Source: an uncultured Candidatus Saccharibacteria bacterium
GTDB lineage: Bacteria > Patescibacteriota > Minisyncoccia > Minisyncoccales > RBG-13-42-11
Reading direction: 5' to 3'
Assembly: GCA_964557715.1 (NCBI GenBank)
Contig: CAZLAP010000044.1
Location: 1-30,060 of the forward strand
Length of the DNA stretch: 30,060 nt
Shown here: piece by piece, positions 1 to 6,670 of the stretch
Layout of the letters: each line of letters begins with the position of its first letter
Numbering within the stretch: the first letter of the stretch is position 1
Position numbers and translations under genes: made by a program
Notes under the pieces: generated by a model
Databases searched by the model: none
What the model was told of the DNA's origin: nothing
Seen by the model: the letters and a program-made list of their open reading frames with translations, nothing else

Positions 1-2
1 AA

Positions 3-1205
3 GATTTTAGATCAAAAATTATAGGAGAAATCAGCGAGGTTAGTTCGGGGCCTACGGGTCACGTCTATTTTACCCTGAAAGATGAAAAAGATGGAAGCAT
101 AATAAAGTGTGTGATTTGGAAATCTAGGTATGATATTTGCGGTATAGAATTGAAAGAGGGAATTAAAATTATTGCCACCGGATATCCTGAAATATATGCA
201 CCATGGGGAAAGCTATCTTTTAAATCTGATGTCATTGAACATGCCGGAGAAGGAACTCTGAAAAAAGAATATGAAAAATTAAAGAAAAAATTGGGAGATG
301 AGGGAATTTTTGAAGAGAGTAAAAAAAGAACCATTCCGGCATATCCTCAAAAAATTGGAATAATTACTTCAAAGCAAGGAGCGGTTTTAGCTGATTTCTT
401 AAGTAATATTGGCAATTATGGTTTTAAAATTAAAATGGTCGATTCCAGGGTTGAGGGACAATCAGCTATTACAGATTTGCTATCAGCCATTAAGACCATG
501 AAGAAAAAAGATATTGAAGTATTGGTTATTATGAGGGGCGGTGGTTCTTTTGAATCGTTGCAGCCGTTTAATAACGAATTATTAATTAGAGGCGTTGCAA
601 ATTTTCCTTCCCCGGTGATTACTGCAATTGGTCATGACAAGGATATTCCTCTTGCGGCGTTAGCGGCCGATCGTTCAGTTTCAACACCAAGTATTGCCGC
701 AACCGTTCTTAGCGAGTCGTGGGAGCAAGCTGCATCATTATTGGAAGGGCATGAAAGAGATATTATTGGTTTTTATGAAAATGTATTAGAAAATGCCGAG
801 TCTTTGATAAACCAGTCAGTATATGCAATTCGCGGGATAAAAGATTTAATTTTTAATAAATATAAAGACATTGAAACCGCGCTAAAGATTTCTTTTCAAG
901 TATTCAAAAATGCTCTCCAAAGCAACAAAAATAATCTAAAAAATTCATGGAAGAAGTCCATATTTGGGTTTAATTCATTGCTGTCAATAATTAAACAACA
1001 ATTAGAGCATTCGGAAAAAATCATTTATCTTCGTAATCCGGAAACCCAACTTAAGCTTGGCTACAGTATCGCACGATGTGGCGATAGATTGATTAGAAGC
1101 ATAAGAGATACTAAAATAGGGGAAGATATGGATATTCGAGTAGTAGATGGAATAATTATTTCTAAAATAAAAAATATAAATAAAATTAACAAAAAACATG
1201 CCTAA
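3..1205 (+). CDS. xseA: Exodeoxyribonuclease VII large subunit (5'-partial, runs off window start)
   Basis: The frame is open from nt 3 (DFRSKIIGEISEVSSGPTGHVYFTLKD, the OB-fold motif), so the 111 start in the ORF track is internal. Catalytic-region motifs: GIITS..GAVLADF, RGGGSFESL..FN, TAIGHDKD, AD..VSTPS. Confidence 0.95.
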   Translation, partial: DFRSKIIGEISEVSSGPTGHVYFTLKDEKDGSIIKCVIWKSRYDICGIELKEGIKIIATGYPEIYAPWGKLSFKSDVIEHAGEGTLKKEYEKLKKKLGDEGIFEESKKRTIPAYPQKIGIITSKQGAVLADFLSNIGNYGFKIKMVDSRVEGQSAITDLLSAIKTMKKKDIEVLVIMRGGGSFESLQPFNNELLIRGVANFPSPVITAIGHDKDIPLAALAADRSVSTPSIAATVLSESWEQAASLLEGHERDIIGFYENVLENAESLINQSVYAIRGIKDLIFNKYKDIETALKISFQVFKNALQSNKNNLKNSWKKSIFGFNSLLSIIKQQLEHSEKIIYLRNPETQLKLGYSIARCGDRLIRSIRDTKIGEDMDIRVVDGIIISKIKNINKINKKHA

Positions 1206-1476
1206 AGAAAAACCAAATGTTAAAAATTTAAGCGATAATCTTAAAAAACTTTCCGAAATTACTGAGTGGTTTGAGAGTCAAGAAAAGGTTGATATTGAAG
1301 AGGGCTTGAGAAAGGTAAAAGAGGCCGTAGCTCTTATCAAAACCAGTAAAGAACGACTCAGGGCGGTGGAGAACGAATTTGAGGAAATTAAGAAAGAAGT
1401 AGATATTGAAGAGGATGACGAAAAGGAGGAGGGACCAGAAGAGGACGAAAGAAAGGCCAAAGATATACCATTTTGA
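1198..1476 (+). CDS. xseB: Exodeoxyribonuclease VII small subunit with acidic C-terminal extension
   Basis: Overlaps the xseA stop by 8 nt. Helical hairpin pattern (L..I..WFE..E.VD.EEGL.KVKEA..L...SKERL..VE) followed by an acidic tail ending DIPF. Confidence 0.9.
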   Translation: MPKEKPNVKNLSDNLKKLSEITEWFESQEKVDIEEGLRKVKEAVALIKTSKERLRAVENEFEEIKKEVDIEEDDEKEEGPEEDERKAKDIPF

Positions 1477-1522
1477 GATACCGAAATATATCCCTAAATA
1501 GTGTTTTATTTGTCTCATTTTG

Positions 1523-1531
1523 TGTTAAAAT
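1523..1531 (+). promoter_or_regulatory. Possible extended -10 promoter (TGtTAAAAT) upstream of the structured RNA candidate
   Basis: TG-n-TAAAAT lies just before the GC-rich structured block; no convincing -35. Confidence 0.35.
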
Positions 1532-1532
1532 A

Positions 1533-1646
1533 GCCCTGACCGAGATGGGTCGGTGAGGACAGCTCAGAAAGCCCCGGATTGCCCCTGCTTGCGCAGGCAG
1601 GCCTTAAAACCCTGGTTCTAGACCGGGGGCACACAGCATTCTTTTT
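1533..1646 (+). ncRNA. Unassigned structured RNA candidate
   Basis: GC-rich island in AT-rich DNA. Hairpins ACCGA/TCGGT, CCTGCTTG/CAGGCAGG and CCTGG-TTCTAGA-CCGGG (T-arm-like); possible 5'/3' pairing GCCCT/GGGGC; ends in a T run. I could not assign a family. Confidence 0.4.
1584..1601. repeat. Short palindromic element CCTGCTTGCGCAGGCAGG
   Basis: Near-perfect hairpin seen directly. It resembles CCTGCC...GGCAGG palindromic repeats I recall from Parcubacteria genomes (recollection, unverified). Confidence 0.5.
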
Positions 1647-1659
1647 TGAGAAACAGAGT

Positions 1660-1745
1660 GAGCACTTTGTGCTTCCTCCGAGACCCAAGCGACAGCGAAG
1701 GGTAAAAAAGAAGATTCATTTTCTTTGCTGAAGCACAAAGTGCTC
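1660..1745. repeat. 86-bp element with perfect 16-bp terminal inverted repeats (MITE/REP-like)
   Basis: GAGCACTTTGTGCTTC (1660-1675) is the exact reverse complement of GAAGCACAAAGTGCTC (1730-1745). Internal sub-hairpins ACCC/GGGT and AAAGAA/TTCTTT. Confidence 0.75.
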
Positions 1746-1797
1746 CTTGGTATTTATATAATTGTTTTGTTCATAGAAAATTTAATAGGAGGAGACA

Positions 1798-1962
1798 ATG
1801 AATAAAATAATCGGCTTTTTGTTGATTGTAATACCTGTTGCAGGAGCGTTTGTTTTAGGGTGGAAATTCGTAATAGCAAAATGTCCGTTATTTGTTGCAT
1901 TGGGATTTATTAGTTTAATGGCAGGAATATATATTATTTCGCGGAAGAAAGAAAAAAATTAG
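1798..1962 (+). CDS. Small 54-aa two-helix membrane protein (absent from the ORF track)
   Basis: MNKIIGFLLIVIPVAGAFVLGWKFVIAKCPLFVALGFISLMAGIYIISRKKEKN*. Strong SD AGGAGG upstream, two hydrophobic segments, basic tail, followed by a terminator-like hairpin. Confidence 0.7.
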   Translation: MNKIIGFLLIVIPVAGAFVLGWKFVIAKCPLFVALGFISLMAGIYIISRKKEKN

Positions 1963-1979
1963 CGCAAATCTTTTTAGCA

Positions 1980-2013
1980 AAGCCTTGATAAATTAAATCA
2001 GGGCTTTTATTTT
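1980..2013 (+). terminator. Rho-independent terminator
   Basis: Stem AAGCCTTGAT/ATCAGGGCTT (one G-U pair) followed by a T-rich tract. Confidence 0.6.
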
Positions 2014-2041
2014 GTGCTTCCTCGGAGGAAGCACAAAGTGC
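2011..2041. repeat. Second, collapsed copy of the inverted-repeat element
   Basis: TTTGTGCTTCCT-CGG-AGGAAGCACAAA is a perfect 12-bp hairpin. It shares 13 nt (left arm) and 14 nt (right arm) identity with the 1660-1745 element. Confidence 0.75.
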
Positions 2042-2103
2042 CCGCCCCTAAAAGGTATGAGTATGAAGCAGCGGGGTTTTTAGAGTTTTTGTGTAAAATT
2101 GAT

Positions 2104-2133
2104 TTGACACTGTATTTGCAAATAAAATATAAT
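2104..2133 (+). promoter_or_regulatory. Sigma70 promoter
   Basis: TTGACA (2104-2109), 18-nt spacer, TATAAT (2128-2133). Confidence 0.7.
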
Positions 2134-2169
2134 TAAATAATCATTATAATTAACCGAACAATAAAAAAT

Positions 2170-3387
2170 ATGAACAAAAAACTAATAATCAGCATCATCG
2201 TTATTTTAGTTATAGTTTTAGCGATAGGCGCGTATTTCTTTTTCGTCCAGCAAAGCGGTAGAGATAAGAAAGAGCCGGAGGAAATTGTCATTGGTTATAA
2301 CGCCGACCAATCTATTGGCCCCACTGCCGCTTTTGGCGTATGGGGAAGGCAAGGATTTGAAATTGCTATTGAGGAAATTAACGCCGAAGGAGGTATTCTC
2401 GGAAGAAAAATAAAACCAATTATTTTTGACGATAAAGCGGATGCGTCAACCTCTAAAAAAAACATAGAGCAATTGATTTTTGAACACCGCGCTTTGGCGG
2501 TAATCGGGCCGGCAAGTAGCGTTAACGCGCTATATTGGCTGGATTTAGCCCAAGACAACGAGCTGATTGTTTTTCCCCACATTGCAACCGCAACCGAGAT
2601 AACAACAAAGTATTCCGAGCGACCGAAAAATTATATTTTCGGAATAAGAACTTTAGACAAGGATCAGGCAAGATTGTCTGTAGCTTGGCTTATAAAAGAA
2701 ACAAATAACGGGAAAATTGCAGTTATTCACGATTCAACATCCTATGGCACTCAAGGATTAAAAGACGTTAATGAAACTTTAACCAGATGGGGAAAAGTTC
2801 CTGTTTTTGTCGGAGAATTTAACAGGGGAGCCGGGATTGAAGAGCTTATTGAATTAATTGAATCAGCCAAAACGGTTGAAGCGGATGCCATTATTTTTTA
2901 CGCTTTAGCCGACTCTACCGCTGATTTTCTAAAAGCCTCAGAGGAGGTGGCAAATTATGAGCCTGTTTTAATGGGCACCGCTGCCAATGCCAGCATCTTA
3001 TGGCAATTATCAGGTTCGCTGGCGAGTAAAATAGTTTTTACGGCTCCGGTAAGCGCGAATTTTAACGAGAAGACAAAAGAGCTGAACCAAAAAATAATAG
3101 ATAAATACGGAGAGGCCCCGATAATACTTTCTTCCGCTGCCAGCGGATACGATGCAGTTTATCTTCTTAAAGCTGCGATAGAGAAAGCGGGAACAATTGA
3201 TAATAGTGCGGTTAGAGACGCTTTGGAAAACATTGAAAGAATAGATGGCATTATGAGAACATTTTTCAGGCCTTTCAGTAAAGATGACCATGAAACTTTG
3301 AGCGTAACAGATTCTTTTTTATCTCGTTGGGTTGACGGAGAGATTGTTATTATAGATGAAGATATTTCAACTCTTGAGATTAGATAA
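2170..3387 (+). CDS. Membrane-anchored LivJ/LivK-type (branched-chain amino acid family) substrate-binding protein
   Basis: N-terminal TM anchor. Type-1 periplasmic binding protein motifs: AIEEINAEGGILGRKI..IIFDD, AVIGPASS, GYDAVYLL..AIEKAG. Confidence 0.85.
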   Translation: MNKKLIISIIVILVIVLAIGAYFFFVQQSGRDKKEPEEIVIGYNADQSIGPTAAFGVWGRQGFEIAIEEINAEGGILGRKIKPIIFDDKADASTSKKNIEQLIFEHRALAVIGPASSVNALYWLDLAQDNELIVFPHIATATEITTKYSERPKNYIFGIRTLDKDQARLSVAWLIKETNNGKIAVIHDSTSYGTQGLKDVNETLTRWGKVPVFVGEFNRGAGIEELIELIESAKTVEADAIIFYALADSTADFLKASEEVANYEPVLMGTAANASILWQLSGSLASKIVFTAPVSANFNEKTKELNQKIIDKYGEAPIILSSAASGYDAVYLLKAAIEKAGTIDNSAVRDALENIERIDGIMRTFFRPFSKDDHETLSVTDSFLSRWVDGEIVIIDEDISTLEIR

Positions 3388-3449
3388 GAAACAGGCTTTT
3401 GAGTTGGTCGGTCAATGAAAAGGATATTTTTACATCCTATAAATTCATA

Positions 3450-4862
3450 ATGGACGCGTTAATGAAAATAATAAAAAGATTTTCAGATTTAAAATTGAAT
3501 TTTAAAATAGCTTTATTTGTTGTTTTGATAACGATACCGTTTGTCTTTTTTTTAATATTTTTCTTATTGAACTCCCTTATTCAAACTTCGCTTGACATTG
3601 AAGCTGAATCTTTTGAAGATACGATGTTTTTAATAAAGCAAGATTTGATTAGAAACGTAAGCGCAAAGGCGCAGGTTTACGATTTTACGCTTAAGAATAT
3701 GATAATTGACCTTCAACCCGCAAAAGACAGCCTTGTTTCTGAGGGAGAAATTAGCGATAAATTTTTAGCAGATTATTATTATAAGCATCAAATAATTTCC
3801 GACATTTTTTTTATTAGCCCGGTTTCATTTAAAGTTTTTCCGCAGGATAAAGCCGATTTGGAGCAGAAAAAAGAACTTTTTTCTTTGATTGCTGAAAGCG
3901 AAAAAAGGTATGCCGGTTTTTGGCTTGGCCCATACGATGATTTGAGGAATCAGAAAAGAATAATGACCTATGTTTTACCCGTTTGGGAAGAAAATAATCT
4001 TAATGGAGTGCTCGGAATAGATGTTGATGTTGATATTTTACTTACAGAGATTATTCAAGCAGATATTTCAAAGCTTTCTTATGTTGTTATTGTCAGAAAC
4101 ACGGGAGAATTCATTTCTTCTTCGGAGAAATTTTATGATGATTTCGAAATAGAAAAAAAAGAAGAGTCCGTAATTTTTAGCAGCCAAATAGTAAAAAAGC
4201 AGGGGATTGAAGAAATTTTTACTTTAACGGGAAAGGAAAAAGGAATGTTTGAAATTTCAGGAGATGCAGACGAAAGTCAAAGAATAGTGTCATTTTCAAT
4301 TATACCTTCTTTCAGCGGGAAAATTTTGATTGTCTCTCCGTTAACTGAAATAATTGAAATCCAGAAAGAAAAAGCTAAGGAAATTCAGCAGTCTGTTTAT
4401 AATATTGGCATAGCCGCATTTGCGGGAGTGATTATTTTTTTATTATTATTCATTTTTTCTCTGCTTTATTTTTTACGGAAAACTATTATAGGTCCGATTG
4501 GCAAACTGAAGAGAGGCATGGAAATTTTAGAAAAAACAAGATTTAAAACAGAAATAGAAATTAAAGCAAAAGACGAAATAGGCGAATTAGCCGTCGGTTT
4601 CAATAATATGGCTAGGCGATTAAAGGATTCATACGAAGGCCTGGAACAGAAAATTCTGGAAAAAACAAAAGAATTGAAAGAACTGAACGAAGTTTTAGAG
4701 ATGAAAGTTGAAGAAAAAACCAAAGAACTTAACGAGCATATTAAAAAAATAGAAAAACTGCAAAAATTTTTTGTTGGCCGCGAGCTTAAAATGATTGATT
4801 TAAAAAAAGAAATCAAAGCGCTAAAAAAAGAAAAACCGGGCGGAGAAGAAAAAAAAGAATAG
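3450..4862 (+). CDS. Membrane sensor: TM-dCache-TM-HAMP-coiled coil, with no catalytic output domain
   Basis: Two TM segments flank a dCache-like domain (W.GPYDD...MTY..PV....GVLGIDV). HAMP motif PIGKL...DEIGELAVGFNNM. Two LE.K..EKTKEL helices, then ends in VGRELKMIDLK. Start is likely ATG 3450 or 3462 rather than TTG 3399. Confidence 0.8.
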   Translation: MDALMKIIKRFSDLKLNFKIALFVVLITIPFVFFLIFFLLNSLIQTSLDIEAESFEDTMFLIKQDLIRNVSAKAQVYDFTLKNMIIDLQPAKDSLVSEGEISDKFLADYYYKHQIISDIFFISPVSFKVFPQDKADLEQKKELFSLIAESEKRYAGFWLGPYDDLRNQKRIMTYVLPVWEENNLNGVLGIDVDVDILLTEIIQADISKLSYVVIVRNTGEFISSSEKFYDDFEIEKKEESVIFSSQIVKKQGIEEIFTLTGKEKGMFEISGDADESQRIVSFSIIPSFSGKILIVSPLTEIIEIQKEKAKEIQQSVYNIGIAAFAGVIIFLLLFIFSLLYFLRKTIIGPIGKLKRGMEILEKTRFKTEIEIKAKDEIGELAVGFNNMARRLKDSYEGLEQKILEKTKELKELNEVLEMKVEEKTKELNEHIKKIEKLQKFFVGRELKMIDLKKEIKALKKEKPGGEEKKE

Positions 4863-4920
4863 CTAAAAAAGAGGTTGCTATGAAACCCTTGAAGAGGATT
4901 GTTAAATTTTTTAAAAAGAA

Positions 4921-4946
4921 AAGGCAAACAAATGTTTGCCTTTTTT
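4921..4946 (+). terminator. Rho-independent terminator
   Basis: Stem AAGGCAAACA/TGTTTGCCTT followed by a T tract; the A-rich left flank could make it bidirectional. Confidence 0.65.
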
Positions 4947-5011
4947 ATTAACTGAGCTTTTTTGCTATAATAACAGGGTTATTATTTTAAAAAGCTTATA
5001 GTTTTTTGGCA

Positions 5012-5437
5012 ATGAAAAAGATATTTTTAGTAATAATTATTATTGCAATCGCAATTTTTGCAATTTTTTATTTTGTTAAAACCGGAAAAAATGAACAAGC
5101 AGAGATTGTTGAAAATGGAATAGAGGATATTAACGAAGAGAAAAATAACGAAAAAATAACGGATGAATTCATTCAATGCTTAGCAGAGGCCGGTGTGATT
5201 ATTTACGGCAGCAAAACTTGCCCTGCTTGCGACAGCTTGGTTCAAGAGTACGGAGATTACGAAAAAATAAAGCCTATTTATTTGGATTGTTCGGGAATTA
5301 CTTCAGAAGAAGAAGCAAAGAGGTGCCTGGAAGAAATAAAAACAGGCTATATTCCCGAGGTTCAAATAAAAGGTAATCTTTTTGAGGACTGGGGCAGTCC
5401 TGAAGCTCTTGCTGAAATAACCGGCTGTAAATTATAA
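5012..5437 (+). CDS. Membrane-anchored thioredoxin-fold protein (CPAC)
   Basis: Signal/anchor helix, then YGSKTCPAC, an extra Cys pair and GYIP. Extended -10 TGcTATAAT at 4963-4971. ATG 5012 preferred over TTG 5006. Confidence 0.7.
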   Translation: MKKIFLVIIIIAIAIFAIFYFVKTGKNEQAEIVENGIEDINEEKNNEKITDEFIQCLAEAGVIIYGSKTCPACDSLVQEYGDYEKIKPIYLDCSGITSEEEAKRCLEEIKTGYIPEVQIKGNLFEDWGSPEALAEITGCKL

Positions 5438-5447
5438 AACTGATTAT

Positions 5448-6599
5448 ATGAAAAAAGCGTTTTTTATTTTTTTCATTATTGTTATCGGACTGTTTTTGTT
5501 TTTGCCTTTTGCGCAGGCAGAAGAAGATTTTTCTGAAGAAAAAGAAGTTATTATTTATTTTTTTGACGATAGGCTTTGTCCGGTCTGCAAAAGCGCAAAG
5601 GAATTCATCCAGAGCTTACAGCAGGAATATCCTCAAATTGAATTAATGGTTTATCCCATAAGCGATACGGGAAAATTAAACGAAATAGCCAAAAAATACG
5701 GGAGAGAGGATTACAAGATAATGGCGCCGACTATTTTTATCGGCGGTTCTGATTACGAAACAGGAAATTTTTTTCAATTCAGGGATTTTACTTCCCAGCA
5801 CGAAGAAATGGTCGTAAGGGCCATTAAAGGAGAGATTGTTGAAGAAGATTGCTGCATAGTTAAAATTCCTTTTCTTGACATAGAAATTGACATAAGGGAC
5901 TGGTCTTTGCCTCTTGCAACAATAATTTTGGGCTCTTTGGACGGTTTAAATATTTGCTCAATAGGCGCGCTGATTTTAATTCTTTCCATTGTTATTTTTT
6001 TTAACTCCAAAAGAAAAATATTGTTTTGCGGCGGCCTTTTTATAATTACTACGGCAGTGGTTTACGGAGTTTTGGTTTTTGCCTGGGGAAGGCTTTTTGA
6101 GGCTTTAGTCGGCCGATTGGAAATCTTGAGAATCATAGTCGGTTTGGCTGCTTTTTGCGGAGGCGTTTATTTTTTCAAGGAATCTTGGAAATTTTTTAAG
6201 CACGGACCGACCTGCCAAACTTTAGATTCGGCATTAGCCAGAAAAGCCACTGATAGATTAAAAAAAGCTTTTGACGAGCCGGAAAAGGGATTTTTCTTTT
6301 TAGCCGCAGCTGTGATGTTTTTTGCCGTGGTGATTACCGTTGTTGAGCTTCCCTGCTCTGTTGGCGTGCCCATAGCTTTTACCGGAATTTTAGCCGAAGC
6401 CGGGGTTTCTCTGGCAACTTACGTTTTTTACATACTTTTTTATCTTTTCTTTTATATGCTAATAGAGATTATAATATTTATCGGAGCCGTACTGACTAAA
6501 AAAATTTGGTTTGCCGGATCTAAAGTAATCACCTATATCACTTTTACCGGAGCCTTAGTTTTATTTTATCTCGCTTTTTATTATTTATTCTATTATTGA
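5448..6599 (+). CDS. Glutaredoxin-like domain fused to a CcdA/DsbD-like multi-TM disulfide-transfer domain
   Basis: Signal peptide, CPVC thioredoxin fold with APTIFI, then about six TM helices carrying two membrane Cys (DGLNICS, VELPCS). Confidence 0.7.
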   Translation: MKKAFFIFFIIVIGLFLFLPFAQAEEDFSEEKEVIIYFFDDRLCPVCKSAKEFIQSLQQEYPQIELMVYPISDTGKLNEIAKKYGREDYKIMAPTIFIGGSDYETGNFFQFRDFTSQHEEMVVRAIKGEIVEEDCCIVKIPFLDIEIDIRDWSLPLATIILGSLDGLNICSIGALILILSIVIFFNSKRKILFCGGLFIITTAVVYGVLVFAWGRLFEALVGRLEILRIIVGLAAFCGGVYFFKESWKFFKHGPTCQTLDSALARKATDRLKKAFDEPEKGFFFLAAAVMFFAVVITVVELPCSVGVPIAFTGILAEAGVSLATYVFYILFYLFFYMLIEIIIFIGAVLTKKIWFAGSKVITYITFTGALVLFYLAFYYLFYY

Positions 6600-6636
6600 T
6601 TGGTTAAAAAATAAAAAACAGCCGGCTTTTAAACTC

Positions 6637-6664
6637 TTTACAGAAGTTCCGGAAGCGTTATACT
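6637..6664 (+). promoter_or_regulatory. Sigma70 promoter, probably giving a leaderless ftsZ mRNA
   Basis: TTTACA, 16-nt spacer, TATACT ending 6 nt before the ATG at 6671. Confidence 0.5.
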
Positions 6665-6670
6665 GTATTA

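Noticed and set aside
1533-1646. tRNA, tmRNA, 6S, SRP or RNase P identity for the structured block (T-arm-like hairpin, CTCAGAA loop, GCCTTAAAAC as in E. coli 6S)
   Set aside because: No valid anticodon stem, D-arm or CCA end; too short and not rod-like for 6S; no SRP GGAA/GAAGCAGC core; no RNase P GAGGAAAGUCC.
1660-2041. CRISPR array or integron attC sites
   Set aside because: Only two unequal copies, about 270 nt apart; no cas or integrase gene; no GTTRRRY/RYYYAAC cores.
3399-3449. TTG start at 3399 for the HAMP protein
   Set aside because: Adds a non-conserved-looking hydrophilic stretch; ATG 3450 or 3462 fits the short basic segment expected before TM1.
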